From positions 19,220,001 through 19,284,000 of the forward strand of contig NC_043006.1 of assembly GCF_006345805.1 (NCBI RefSeq): DNA of 64,000 bases. The letters run 5' to 3'. The position numbers and the translations under genes are program-made. The stretch is from Octopus sinensis. Its lineage: Eukaryota. Below are positions 1 to 15,225 of this stretch, piece after piece. The notes beneath the pieces were generated by a model. That model had not been told where the DNA came from. It ran no database searches and was given only the letters and a program-made list of their open reading frames with translations. Position 1 is the first letter of the stretch. Every line of letters starts with the position of its first letter.

Positions 1-1769
1 ATATGCTGATGGTATTAAGATAGGAAAAGGAGTAGAGGCTCTAGCTAACAAAGTACCTACTAAAAATCATTGAGTGTAGACATCAAATGAGGCAGGACGA
101 AAGATAGGTTGAAAGGTTTGAAAGTATATTTCTCAAAAGGATGGGGCAATGTAAAATCTCGTACATTACAAAATTTAGGAAGTGTCAGGTACCACATGTT
201 AGCGTTCAAATGGGAGGTTTGCCTTGCTGTACACAGATATGTTGTAACAGAACATGGTTCAACAAAGGAAATTTGCAAGTGCTTCGCCGCCATACTTCCA
301 TTACAGGACAATAGATATACGCAAGGTCACAAAAATTGCAATACCAATTTTAGAAATAAAGTGGGACTTGTGAATTGTATTGTGTGGCGACAATGTGGAA
401 TCTACATTACAATATTTAGGAAGTGTGAGATTCCATATGTTAGCAGTCAAAGCGAGAGAAATCCCTCTAAAATGGGGGTGCTGTGGTATGGTTTTAAAAG
501 ATTTGTATTCTTTCTCTTAAATACGAACGAAGTACAGCAGTAGCCAAAAATTCAACGGACGCAACTCATCAATATCCTCACTGAAAGTATAAGAGTATAA
601 GGTATCTTTCTACTAGTATCTGCTTAACTCAAGGAGCTGGCAGTGTGGTGTGTGTGTGTCTGTCTGTCTCTCTGTCTGTCTGCTTGACTGTCTGTCATTT
701 TCAAAGTAGCATCTTAACGTAGAGGAAATCTCTTATATATATAGCGAATAAATGGAAGAATGGTGAAATAGATCGAGCCGGAAGCTAGAGGTTTCCTCAA
801 TGACTGGAAACGTGTATATTTCTTAAACATGATATTTCTCCTCTCGTCGGACGAGGTTAATCAGACTAATATGAGTTTTCAGCTGTGATCACCTGTGTTT
901 TTCTATATCGATAACTACTAAATGTATGTGTTTGTTTCTGTGTGTGTGTGTGTGTGTAAGTAAAATATGCATATGTGAATATGCATATAGTATATATACT
1001 ATATATAGTATGTATATATGTTATAGGTATATACATATAGTATGTATATATGGATATATGTATATATACATATATATGTATGTATATATGTATATAGACA
1101 TATATATGTATGTATATATGTAATATTATATGTATGTTATATGTATATATATATATGTATTATATAGAATATAGGCTATATATATATATATGTAGTATAT
1201 ATGTATTATATGTATGTTATATATCTATGTATGTATATATGTAATCTGTATGTATATATGTATATATGTTATATATGTATGTATATATGTATGTATATAT
1301 GTTGTAGTATATATGTATCTATATGTTATATATAGATGTATATATATATAATGTATGATATATATATGTATATATATTATATGTATTATATTATGTATCA
1401 TATAATGATGTATATATGTATATATATATGTTTGTAATATGTATATATTATGTATGTATATATATATATATCGGTATATATATATGTATGTATATATGTA
1501 TGATATATGTATATATATATGTATGTATATCTATGTATATATATATGTATGTATATATGTCCTTATATGTATGTATATATGATATATATATGTATGTAAT
1601 AGTATATATATATGTATGTATATATGTATATATGTATATAATATATGTATGTTATATATTATATAGTATATATATATATGTATATATGTATGTATATATG
1701 ATGTATATATGTATATGTGTGTATATATATGTATATATGTTATATATATATATATATGTATGTATATAT

Positions 1770-2173
1770 GTGTGGTAAGTAGCTTGCTTACAACCACTTG
1801 GTTCCGGGTTCAGTCCCACTGCGTGGCATCTTGGGCAAGTGTTTTCTGCTATAGCCCCGGGCCGACCAATGCCTTGTGAGTGGAATTTGGTAGACGGAAA
1901 CTGAAAGAAGCCTGTCGTATTATGTAATATATATTATATATATGTGTGTGTGTGGTGTGTTTTTGTGTCTGTGTTTGTCCCCCCTAGCATTGCTTCACAA
2001 CCGATGCTGGTGTGTTTCGTCCCTGTCACTTAGCGGTTCGGCAAAAGAGACCGATAGAATAAGTATGGCTTACAAAGAATAAGTCCCGGGGTCGATTTGC
2101 TCGACTAAAGACGATGCTCCAGTATTGCCGCAGTCAATTGACTGAAACAAGTAAGAGTAAAGAGTAAAGAGTA
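1770..2173 (+). mobile_element. tRNA-headed SINE, family B (CORE-like segment, internal TA/TG linker), 5'-trimmed
   Basis: gtgtggtaagtagcttgc...gggttcagtccc (B-box like)...gcatcttgggcaagtg...gactgaaacaagtaagagtaaagagt; same sequence recurs at 40348, 41004, 43634, 53530 and 63178. Confidence 0.9.
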
Positions 2174-3777
2174 TATATATATATGTATATATATATGTAT
2201 ATATGTATGTATATATGTATGTATGTGTATATGTATTTGTATATGTATGTTATATGTATGTATATATGTATGTATTGTCTGTATGTATGTATGTATGTAT
2301 GTAGTGGAGTATGTATGTATATATATATGTATGCTATATATATGTATGTATATCTACTGATGTAGGTATATATATATATGTATGTATATATATATATTAT
2401 GTATGTATATATATATGTATGTATATTATATGTATGTATATTATATATATGTATGTATCTATAATGTATGTTATATAATATGATGTATTTATAATAATAT
2501 GTATGTATTATATATATGTATTATGTATACATGTATTTATATATATGATGTATATATGTGTATACATGTATATATATAATGTATATATGTGTATACATGT
2601 ATATATATATGGATATATGTATATATATGTATGTAGTATGTATATATATATATGTAATGTATGTCTATATGTATATAATATATATAGTATGTATGTATAT
2701 ATGTATATATCTATATATGTATGTATGTATTATGTATATATGTATAATATAGTATGTATGAATATGTATATATTATAATATATGTATGTATGTATATAGT
2801 ATATATATATAATATATGTATGTATGTATATATGTATTATATGTATGTATGTATATATGTAATATATGTATGTATGTTAGATATTATATATATATGTTAT
2901 GTATGTATATATGTATATATATATATGCTATGTGTATATATGTATATATATTATATAGATTATGTATGTTATATGTATATATATATAGTATGTATGTTAT
3001 ATGTATATATATCTATATGTATGTCTGTATATATGTATATATATCTAATGTATGATGTATATGTATTCTTATATATATATATGTTGTATGTATATATGTA
3101 TATGTATGTATGTATTGTTATATGTATATATATATAGTAGTATTTTATATATATATGTATGTATGATATATGTAGTATATTATATGTATGTATATATAAT
3201 GTATGGATGTATGATATATGTAATATATTATTATGATGTATATATGATATATATATATATATATGTATGTATGTATATATGTATATATATATATATGTAT
3301 ATGTATATATGTATATATATATATATATGTATGTATGATATATGTATATATATATATGCATGTATGTATGTATGTATATATGTATATTATATAATGTATG
3401 TATGTATGTATGGTTATATATATATATGTAGTATGTATATATGTATATATATATATATGTATGTATGTAGATATGTATATATATATATATGTATGTATTT
3501 GTATATAGTATATATATATATATGTATGTATATATGTATATCTATATATATGTATGTATGTATATATGTATATATATTCATATATGTATGTATGTATATA
3601 TGTATATATATATATATGTATGTATGTATATATTGTATGTATGTATGTATGTATGTATGTATTATATATATATATGTATGTATGTATATATATATATATG
3701 TATGTATGTATATATATATATATGTATGTTGTATTGTATATATGTATATATATATATATATGTATGTATGTATATAT

Positions 3778-3837
3778 GATTGATTGATTGATTGATTCCA
3801 GTTTCCAGCCTATGATGGCTGTGGGGCATTGGGGGCC
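3778..3837 (-). mobile_element. Possible very short 3' end of a LINE/SINE with (CAAT)n tail
   Basis: Minus strand ggcccccaatgccccacagccatcataggctggaaactgga followed by (atca)n, embedded in the TA array. Confidence 0.4.
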
Positions 3838-6800
3838 TATGTATATATATATATATATGTATGTATGTATATTATGTATATATATAGTATGTAACTGTTA
3901 TATATGTATATATATATATATGTATGTATGTATATAGTTATATATATATATGTATGTATGTATATAGTAATATATATATGTATGTAGTATATATGTATAT
4001 GTATATATGTATATATATATATGTATGTATGTATATATTGTATGTATGTATATATGTATTATATATAGTATATGTAGTAGTTATATGTATATATAGATAT
4101 GTATGTATGTGTTGTATATATGTATGTATGTATATATGTATATATCATATATATGTAAGTATGTATATATGTATATATATATATGTATGTATGTATATAT
4201 GTAATATATATATGTATGTATGTATTATATGTATATTATATAGTATGTATGTATATATGTATTGATATGTATATATATATATGTATGTATATATTATGTA
4301 TGTATGTATATAGTATATATGTATGTATAATAATATGTAGTTATGTTATATTGTATATATGTATGTATGTATGTATTTGTATGTGTATATATGTATATAT
4401 ATATGTATGTATGTATATTATGTATATATATATTATGTATGTATGTATATATGTATATATATATGTATGTATGTTATATATATATAGGTATGTATGTATA
4501 TATTGTATATATATATATGTATGTATATATGGATATTATATATATTGTATGTATATATGTATATATATTATATGTATGTATATATGTATATATATATATA
4601 TGTATGTATGTATATATGTATATATATGTATGTATGTATATATGTATATATATATATGTATGTATTATGTATATATCTATATATGTATGTATGTATATAT
4701 GTATATAATATATATGTATGTATGTATATATGTATATATATATATATATGTATGTATGATAAGTATATATATATATATGTATGTATGATATATGTATATA
4801 TATATATATGTATGATGTATATAGTATATATGTATGTATATATGTCTATTATATGTATGTATGTATATATGTATATATTATATATGTATGTATGTATATT
4901 ATATCTATATGTGTATGTATATATGTATATATATATAGTATGTATGTATGTTTATGTATATATATATCTATGTATGTATGGATATATGTATAATATATAT
5001 CGTATGTATGTATATATGTAATATATATATAGAGTATGTATGTATATATGTAATATATATATATGTATGTATGTAATTTATATATATATTCTATGTATGG
5101 TATGTATATATGTATATATATATTATGTATGTATGTATATATGTATATATATATTATTGTTATGTCTATATAATGTATATAATATATTATGTATGATGTA
5201 TATATGTATATATATATATAATGTATGTATGTATATATGTATATATATACTATGTATGTATGTAGTATATTATATATATGTATGTATGTATATATGTATA
5301 ATTATAGCATGTATGTATGTATATATGTATATATATATATAGTATTATGTATATATGTTATATGTAGTATGTATGTAGTATGTATAATTATATGTATATA
5401 GTATGTATGTATATTGTATATATGTATATATGTTATATATGTATGTATGTATAATGTATTATATGTATATATATATATATGTATGTATGTATATATGTAT
5501 AGATATATATGTATGTATGTATATATGTATATATATATATGTATGTATATATGTATATATATATATATGTAGTATGTATATATGTATATATATATATGTA
5601 TGTATGTATATAGGTATATATATATATATGTATGTATGTATATGTATATATATATATGTATGTATGTATATATGTATATATATATATGTAATGTATGTAT
5701 ATAGTATATATATATATGTATGTATGTATATATGTATATATACTGTAGTATGTTAAATGTATATATATATATTGTATGTATTATATGTATAGATATATTG
5801 TATGGTATGTATATATGTTATATATATATATTATGTATGTATGCTATGTATATATATATATATGTATGTATGTATATATGTATATATATATATATGTATG
5901 TATGTATATATGTATATTATATATATGTATGTATGTATATATATATATATATATGTATGTATGATAATGTATATATATATATATATGTATGTATGTATAT
6001 AGTATATATATATAATATGTATGTATATATGTATATATATATATATGTATGTATGTATATATGTATATATGTATGTATGTATATATGTATATATGTAGTA
6101 TGGTATGTATATATGTATTATGTATATATGTATATAGTATATATGTATGATGTATATATGTCTACTATGTATATATGTAATGTATGATATATGTGTGTCG
6201 GTATGTATTATGTAGATGTATGATGTTGTATATATGTATGATGTATGAGTATGTATGTTATATGTATGTATGTATATATGTTGTATGTATGTAATATATG
6301 TGTATATATATATGTATGTATGTATATATGTATATATATATAGGTATGTATGTATGTATATATGTATATATATATATGTATGTATGTTATATGTATGTAT
6401 GTATTTATGTATTATCTGATGTATGTATATATGTATATATATATATAGTATGTATGGATGTATATGTATATATATCTATGTATGTATGTATATATGTAAT
6501 ATATATATGTATGTATATATGTATATATATAGATATGTATGTATGTATATATGTATATATATATATATGTATGCTGTATATATGTTATATATATATATGT
6601 ATGTTGTATATATGTATATATATATATATGTATGTATGTATATATTATATATAACTATGTATCTTATGTCGTTATGTATATATATATAATGTATGCATAG
6701 ATGTAATATATATATATGTATGCATGTATATATGTATATATATAGGTATGCATGTATATATGTATATATATATCTATGTATGTATGTATATATATATGTA

Positions 6801-7080
6801 TATATATATATGTATGTATGTACATATATATATGATTATAATGTATATATGTATGTGTGTATATATGTATATATGTACTATGTATGTGTGTATATATTGA
6901 TATAGGTAATGTATGTCGTATATATGTTATATATATATGTATGTATGTATATATGTATGTATGTATATAGGTATGTATGTAGATATGTATGTATGTATAT
7001 ATGTATATATATATGTATATATGTATATATATATATGTATATATGTATATATGTATATATGTATATTATATATATGTATG

Positions 7081-8560
7081 TTCCTTGATGTTAAGTTGAA
7101 GGGCACGTTTGAATGCACTTGTCAATAACTGAGACATCCCAAATCAAAGAAACTTAGAACCAAAAGCCTTACCATACATACTCTACACACACCTCTCAAT
7201 AACGAAGCCTTCGACACCATCATCCACAAACATACCCCTCTAAAAAAAGACCACAGAATGACAACCAATCCTCAAACACACACGATCATAAAAGCAAAAG
7301 ACAGCCTAGATCCATGAAAGTCTCCTTCACAAGCCGAATCACTCCTCAACACAGAAGCCGACAGTAAAAAAATGTGGAAGACCCAATTGCGGGATATGCG
7401 ACTATCTATTGAGGGATCAGAGTTCTCCTTCAAGAGGGACACGGTTTACAGTGAAAAGCAAATTACATGTGCTTCGGAGAAACCTAATATACTCACTAAC
7501 CTGCTCCGGTGTCAAGAGCAGTACATAGGCAAACAAAAAATGGTTTGCGGTAAACGAATGGCCATGCACAGATCCCAGATAAAAATTCCCCAAACAGAAA
7601 AATAAGCTTTTAGCCAACACATAGATACTTGCGCCAACAAAAAACACTAAACTTTCAGAATTTTCCCCCTCTACCAATTTAGGGACGATACACCTCGAGA
7701 CAACGAATAAGTAAAGAAAATCTCTTTATTACAAATACAAGCCACTTCTAAACGGGTCTACGACAACAATTAATATACCTCAACTTTAGAATAAAAGAAA
7801 AAAATATATATACACACACAAATATTACACTCCATAGAACATTACTAATCAGCCCCTTCATAGCTATACTCACACCCAATCATATCCCCCTTCTCTGTTT
7901 TTTTCTTCTCTTCTTCTTCCCTTTCTTCTTCATCATCATCATTATCATCATCATCGTCGTCATCATCATCACCACCATCATCACCACCATCTTCTCCTTT
8001 CCTCCTTCTTCTTCTTCATCATCATATCATTATCATCATCATCGTCGTCATAATCATCACACCACCACCACCATCATCGTCATCTTTCCTTCTCCTTCTT
8101 CTCTTCTTTTATCACTTCTCACCCATACACCTTAACTTTGTCACTAATGTTTTTAGTATAAACACCTACGCTAATTCTATAAACAAGCCTGTCATATAAA
8201 TATTCTCCTGAATTGAACTGAGACTGCCAGCCGCCACTGACCATTCAAAATATGACCATCAGGGCACTCCCAGATTCTCCCATCCCCCTTCCCCACCAGC
8301 CTTCTTCCTCTACTACCCTTCCAAGAACTCACAACGACCTCCGACACACAGGTGCAAACAAGGGAGTCAGAGAAAGGCAGAATGCCACTTAAATCTTGAA
8401 CACTACTATAGAATATTCTTTTTTAAAAAAACTTTTCTTCTAATTTTTCTAAATTTAATTATTTAATCGTTACAGTGTGAAAGGTCTCAAAATGACCGAA
8501 ACCGGTACTGAAATGTTCACTAAAATTATTTTAGCATTTATATTTTGACTTGTTTTTTCA
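7081..8560 (+). mobile_element. Penelope-like element, Neptune-like 3' fragment (Zn linker + GIY-YIG endonuclease + pLTR)
   Basis: Stitching frames over ~7140-7765 gives ...KKCGRPNCGICDYL.EGSEFSF...TCASENLIY..TCSGCQEQYIG...KRMAMHRSQIKIP...SFSQHIDTC...FPLYQF, with frameshifts. A degenerate hammerhead-like motif lies at 8473-8510. Confidence 0.8.
8473..8510 (+). ncRNA. Degenerate minimal type I hammerhead-like motif
   Basis: cag-tgtgaaa-GGTC tcaaaat GACC-GAAA-CCGG-TA-ctg: helices I/II and palindromic helix III fit, but the CUGANGA core is mutated. Homologous to 45562-45597. Confidence 0.55.
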
Positions 8561-9205
8561 TATATATCAACTCGTGGGGTTCCTTTTCACCCTTTACATA
8601 TATATATATCTATTATATATATATATATATATATATATCTATATATATACACATAGGCACATACATTTATTTCCCTATGTATTTGAATATATATAGTCAT
8701 AGGTATATATATGTATGTATATATGTAGATGTAAAGGCATATGCGTATATACATACGCATGCATGTATTGTGTGGACTAAGAAGTCGCTTGTCTATTTGT
8801 TTACCAAAAACATTTACTAAAAACATATATATGTTTACTATAGAAGATGCTCAAACTTCTAAAATTTCCGATGGAAATTCAACAGTATGTCTACTACCCA
8901 TTACACGAAAGCATGTCAGCTACCGTATTTAAGCCTACCAGTTGAGTTGTTAGACTTAAGACAAGTTAATGACCTGTCAACAAAGATCTTAGATCAAGTA
9001 CATGTATAGATACCAATATATACATTTACTTACATACGTGTATGTGTGTGTATATACATATGTGCACATGCACATATGATTATACACACATACATGCATA
9101 CAAATATACACACACAAATGTATGTATTATATGAATGTTTGTGGGCATATGCACATATATATGCATGTACCTATTCATATGTATATGTATATATATATAT
9201 ATATA

Positions 9206-9489
9206 TCACGTGATCACGTGACCGACCAGACCATCAGATGTTGTTACACATCGCTGGTCACAATGCATTCGCATTGTTTTTAGCCTTCTAATGACGCCAC
9301 CCCGTTGGGTAAGCGAGCAGGCCAACAGAAGAAAGAGTACAGCAGGGATCACCACCCCCTGCCGGAGCCTCGTGGAGCTTTTAGGTGTTTTCGCTCAATA
9401 AACACTCACAACCCCCTGTCTGGGAATCGAAACCGTGATCCTGCGACCGCGAGTCCGCTGCACTAACCACTAGGCCATTGCGTCTCCAC
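9206..9489 (-). mobile_element. tRNA-headed SINE with family A head and an alternative 3' tail
   Basis: Head gtggagacgcaatggcctagtggttag... matches family A (54207). The tail ...ggtctggtcggtcacgtgatcacgtga differs from the other A copies. Confidence 0.8.
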
Positions 9490-9514
9490 ACACACACACA
9501 CACACACACACAAC

Positions 9515-9562
<48 letters not shown>

Positions 9563-10860
9563 CGTATATGTGCGTCAGTGTGGGTGTGAAGTGTGCGCAC
9601 GATTTTCCTCTATTACTTGTCCAAATTCTCCAAAACACTTCAATTCCGATATCGACAGTGAGTTCAAATTCAAATACCTCTAGCTTATTTGATATTCAGT
9701 TCACTAACACTCGAGTCATTCTTTGCAATCTTTGTTATTCTTAGTGGCATTCTGTTGAGTAATTGAAGCAGTTCTGCCTCTGGTTCTATTTCTTTTATAT
9801 AATCTTTTCCACCAATTACATCATTAATCCAATATATTTCACAAAAGAATCATAAGTATTTTCTCAACTACAATTATTCCATCGCCATAAGCATTTGTTC
9901 TGTACACGATTACATGATTATAGTTCAGGCGATTTGCACTGCTTCAACTTTTTGAACACAATACAAAGTATATGAGGAATGTAAAGTCGGACATTTGCAA
10001 TGAAATTAAGAGTCATAATTTCATTATAATGCCTTTGGTTTAGATAGATAGATAGATAGATAGATAGATATAGATGGATAGATAGATATAGATGAATAGA
10101 TAGATAGATAGACAGACAGACAGACTGAACAAACTAATAAAAGAAGAGGAAGGTATTGTATATCCTCTTTTATTTATTACAACGATATTCTGAACCCAAA
10201 CATCTGTCAGCGAGTTTGTTGAAATTTCTCAACAAATATGCTCCAGTATTTTAAAATTAAGTGCTCTGATAAACTGGTTGGTCTTAACCTCATTAATTAA
10301 TTAGCTACTGCATGGATTTACATAAATCTGTAATTTTATAAAATGCTTCTACTCGCTGTTGAAAGGATCGTTCTCTTTGAAAATATGATATCATGCCATC
10401 AACATATTTTCATTTTTTTAATATTATACACTGCGATCAATACATCTACTATTCAACTAATGCTGTTATTTAGATTTTCAAATTCTTTGGATCGCTTTGT
10501 GAAATGGTTAAATAGAAATTCTGATTTTTTCTACATTGAGTTACCCAACTTTCCACCATGTAGAGGTAAGTCAGGCATATTATCTATGTCTACTTGCCGT
10601 TGTTATAAATAAATATATATATGTGTGCGTATGTGTGTGTGTATTTATGTATGTGTGTATATTTATGTATGTGTATACATGTATATATATATGCATATAT
10701 GTATCTATATATTCATATGTATGTATATATATGTATATATATATATATATATAAATATAAATGCATATATACGTATATAAATGTAAATATTTATATGTAT
10801 GTACATATAGATATACATATACGTACATATATATTCGTGTGTATATATATATATATATAT

Positions 10861-13521
10861 ACTTTATTTTAAGCAGCAGAAAATTCAACAAAATCTGTTA
10901 CTCTGAGTTTCTCGTTGCCGTTCATCAGACAGTTTTTGCTAGAATGGAACATATATATTAATTCATCTATACTCTTACAAACGCTACACCTTTAAAAAAG
11001 AATGGACTTGTTTGATTGGCCCTTTAGAAAAAAACGGTCAATCTTCGAGCGATAAACAAAAAGGTCAAAAATATATGTATATATATATAAAAAACTTATA
11101 AAAATTATAAAAATTATAAAATCCGAGGAAAAAACCGAGGAAAAAACCTATTGCCGTTAATGAAGACAGTACAAATTAATGCATAGAAATTAAACCTGTT
11201 ATAAATACTGCAATACATATTTATATTAAAATCCACATATATATATACATACACAAAAGGATGCGCGTAAACTCCATACACATATACAGACGTATGAATA
11301 TGAATCTAAATTATACACATAAAAGCATGTGTACATATATTCACGCAACCGTCTCGCACGCAAGCTAAAATTCATCTATGTAGCAATTCTCATATACTGA
11401 GCAAGGAGGGGGAACGAAAGAAAGGGAAAGAGAGAAAGGAACGAAAGAGGGGGGGGACTTGTAGCGATGTTATTGGCATCTATAGAGGCCAGTATACATA
11501 CACAAGTTTGAATTGATACATATACATACCGTCGTGTGTATGCGTGCTTAAGCACAAGCATACTTTCACTTACACATACACAGATACGCATGCTTACAAA
11601 TACATATGCTTTTGCTTTGCTATACACAAACTTATATAAACATTCTAATTTGACAACATTGCTTTTTTTTAAAAAAAAAACCTGCTTTTAAAAATGGGTG
11701 CATTAATAAAAATATATACGAAAGACATATAAAATAAAATATAACATCCTATTTTGGGTCATTTATAAATAATCAAGGTAATATAAATAATCAAGGTAAT
11801 CCTATGCAATACAATAACATGAAAACAGAGTTTGTAGGTTTTTCCTAATATATATGTAGAAACAATAAGACTTTGCTATAGATCCGTCGTAGCGCTTAAG
11901 AGTCAAAATCAAAATCAAAATCAAAATACAAAATATATACTCTATCCATATGGTATATTTATATTCGACATTTTAAATTTAGCCGCGTGCCTACATAAGT
12001 TCATTAACTCACTTCTTTGATTCAAAGAATTATTGTCTTTGAATAATATGGCATTTTTTCTAATAAGCAAAGCTTGCACTTGAAATTATATTTGTAAGCT
12101 CCATGCCTGTATGGTGCCGCCCTGTCCAGAATGCTCCATGTCACGTTGAAAGGTGGGGCTTCTTTTTCTTTAGTTCCAGACATATTTTGCTAGGCTGGTT
12201 TCTTCCTATTCTCTGGGTATTTAAAAGAATTCTTATGAGATAAAATCTTGTTTTAAATGAATTTTCTGAAGCCCCTGTGTATGTCTTGTATTCCGATGAG
12301 CCTTCCACTTGCACCTTGGCTCTATAAACCACTCCTTCACTAGACATTTCCCTTCTAACGGACAGGAGCTTTCGTTTTTGCAATTACATTTTTTAATGGG
12401 CTCGGCACCATGTCTAATCTCAATTAGCTTCCTATTATGTTGGCTAATGTAAGAGGCGAAATTTCTGCAACAAGAATAGCTAACCTTCAGGGTTCTTCTA
12501 TTAAATATTCTGTAGAATTTATGACCCTGCTTAAAATGCTTAGAGACTAATCTCAAAAATTCCTTACCTATATTAGTCTTTACGGCCAAATTGAAAGCCG
12601 GGTTGAACCACAAAACTTTCCTGGTCCTAGTTCTTCGTGCAGCATTATTTTAGTATAAGCTGGTTGAACTGGATCTTCTCCGAGAATCCACTATTCTTTA
12701 ATGCGCTATCGTAATAAGGTGCAGCATTATGGAATGCTGCCTCGTCCGAAGAAATTGAGATATTCTTCTACCTACATTGCTGACTAAGTTGCTAAGGATA
12801 ACTGGTGGATGGTTCGAATCTTTGCTAATATACGATAGCTTTTCATTGGGCTTACGGAAAGGTTTAAATCTATCCGATCTTACATTAAAATTTACGTCTA
12901 AAAAATCTACACTATTCAGGTTAGTATCTATCGTAATCCGTAAGCCCATCCTTTGAAAGAAAGCTATAAGGTCCTCCTAAGTCTATCTGATTCATGGCCG
13001 TTTAGATTATGCGTGGCTATAAGGCCGTCATCCCTATATAGACCTGCATCTATAAATGGGAATTCTATTTTTAGATTATGGAGAATAAAGGCTCCTATGA
13101 GCATACATAATTCAGCCCCGTCGTATGCCCCCATCGGTACATCGAAAAGAGAATCCTCAGTCTTCTTAATCCAGGTGGAATCCTCGAAAAACAGAAGCGA
13201 TTTCCTCGCATGCATAATAATTTCAATTTCCGAGCTATCGATGTTGACATACTGCTTGGCGAAGTCAATGCCCTTAGGAGCAACGTCCTAGATATCGACG
13301 GGTAAAAGTCAATAATGTCGAATTGTGTGAAACGACAATTATTCTTATAGCTAATACCTTTAAACCACTCTATAACTGACTTACTATTCTTCCAAATTCT
13401 CAAGTCTACTTCACTATCTAACTAACTAAAATACTGTCCAAATATTTTTGCTAATAATTCCTATCTCAGTTTTAGCCGGATTTATCAATCTACATTTAGG
13501 GTTTCTACTAAAATTGTCTTT
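10861..13521 (-). mobile_element. Penelope-like element (Hydra-clade-like RT + C-terminal GIY-YIG), 5'-truncated
   Basis: Over 13521-11965: [21 protein letters not shown] / QFDIIDFYPSI / FDVPMGAYDGAE / GLYRDDGL / FLDV..SNHPP / WFNP..KTNIGKEFL / CNCKNESSCPLEGKC / VVYRA..YTGASENSFKTRF, broken mainly by 1-nt frameshifts. Extension of the 3' UTR to the hammerhead at 10.9 kb is inferred. Confidence 0.88.
10895..10932 (-). ncRNA. Minimal type I hammerhead ribozyme-like motif with intact core
   Basis: Minus strand ctgt-CTGATGA-a-cg GCAA cg-a-GAAA-ctcagag-TA-acag. The 4-bp helix I and core are perfect; helix II is short and lacks the G10.1-C11.1 pair. Confidence 0.7.
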
Positions 13522-13528
13522 GTATATA

Positions 13529-13566
<38 letters not shown>

Positions 13567-14141
13567 TATATAAATGCATATATACGTATATAAATGTAAA
13601 TATTTATATGTATGTACATATAGATATACATATGCGTACATATATATTCGTATATACATATATTATATACATATCTATATATATATATACATATCTATTA
13701 TTATATACATATATATATATACATAATATGTATACATATATATATATACATATATATATAATATATATATACTATATATATATATACATACATATATATA
13801 TCTATATACATATATATATTTATATATACTACACAGTTGAAACACTCCTGTCACAACCTGGGACATATATGTAAATATTTATATGTATTACATATAGATA
13901 TACAATACGTACATATATATTCGTGTATATATATATATTATATACATAATATACATAATATATATATCTATTATAAATGCTTATATACGTATATAAATGT
14001 AAATAATTAATATGTATGTACATATAGATATACATATACGTACATATATATTCGTATATAACATATATTTATAATATCTATATATATATATACATATATA
14101 TATACATATATGTATACATATATATATATACATATATATAA

Positions 14142-14172
<31 letters not shown>

Positions 14173-14255
14173 CATACATATATATATATATATATATATT
14201 ATAATATTTATATATACATACACAGTTGAAACACTCCTGTCACAACCTGGGACAT
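13522..14255. repeat. AT-rich complex repeat with recurring ~85-bp unit and a duplicated 40-bp island
   Basis: Unit ataaatgcatatatacgtatataaatgtaaatatttatatgtatgtacatatagatatacatatacgtacatatatattcgt at ~10755, 13571, 13866 (partial) and 13973. Island acacagttgaaacactcctgtcacaacctggg at ~13830 and ~14220. Confidence 0.85.
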
Positions 14256-15225
14256 ATATATCTACATGTATAGATATAAAAATATCTACATGTATAGATA
14301 TAAAAATATCTACATGTATAGATATAAAAATATCTATATGTATAGATATAAAAATATCTACATGTATAGATATAAAAATATCTACATGTATAGATATAAA
14401 AATATCTACATGTATAGATATAAAAATATCTACATGTATAGATATAAAAATATCTACATGTATAGATATATAAATATCTACATGTATAGATATATAAATA
14501 TCTACATGTATAGATATATAAATATCTACATGTATAGATATATAAATATCTACATGTATAGATATATAAATATCTACATGTATAGATATATAAATATCTA
14601 CATGTATAGATATATAAATATCTACATGTATAGATAATAAATATCTACATGTATAGATATATAAATATCTACATGTATAGATATATAAATATCTACATGT
14701 ATAGATATATAAATATCTACATGTATAGATATATAAATATATCACATATATATATTAATATATATCAATATATATATCAATATATATATATCAATATATA
14801 TATATATATGTAATATAATATATATATTTATACATGTAGACATTTATATATCTATACATGTAGATATTTATATATCTATATATATAGATATTTATATATC
14901 TATATATGTAGATAATTATATATCTATATATGTAGATAATTATATATCTATATATGTAGATATTTATATATCTATATATGTAGATATTTATATATCTATA
15001 TATGTAGATATTTATATATCTATATATGTAGATATTTATATATCTATATATGTAGATATTTATATATCTATATATGTAGATATTTATATATCTATATATG
15101 TAGATATTTATATATCTATATATGTAGATATTTATATATCTATATATGTAGATATTTATATATCTATATATGTAGATATTTATATATCTATATATGTAGA
15201 TATTTATATATCTACATATATCGAT
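14256..15225. repeat. 24-bp minisatellite as two oppositely oriented arrays
   Basis: aaatatctacatgtatagatatat about 20 times (14256-14742), then its reverse complement about 16 times (~14830-15225). Confidence 0.9.

Larger units (their letters stand above)
923..7080. repeat. ~6.1 kb degenerate (TA)n/(TATG)n compound microsatellite array
   Basis: Almost only TA and TATG units, interrupted by a SINE (1770-2173) and a 60-bp island (3778-3837). Explains all Y/I/M/C/V-rich ORFs here. Confidence 0.97.

Noticed and set aside
926-7128. Dozens of 60-250 aa ORFs rich in Y/I/M/C/V (also at 13.4-14.7, 25.6-26.7, 35-36.7 and 42-43 kb)
   Set aside because: They are translations of TA/TG microsatellites, which lack stop codons in several frames.
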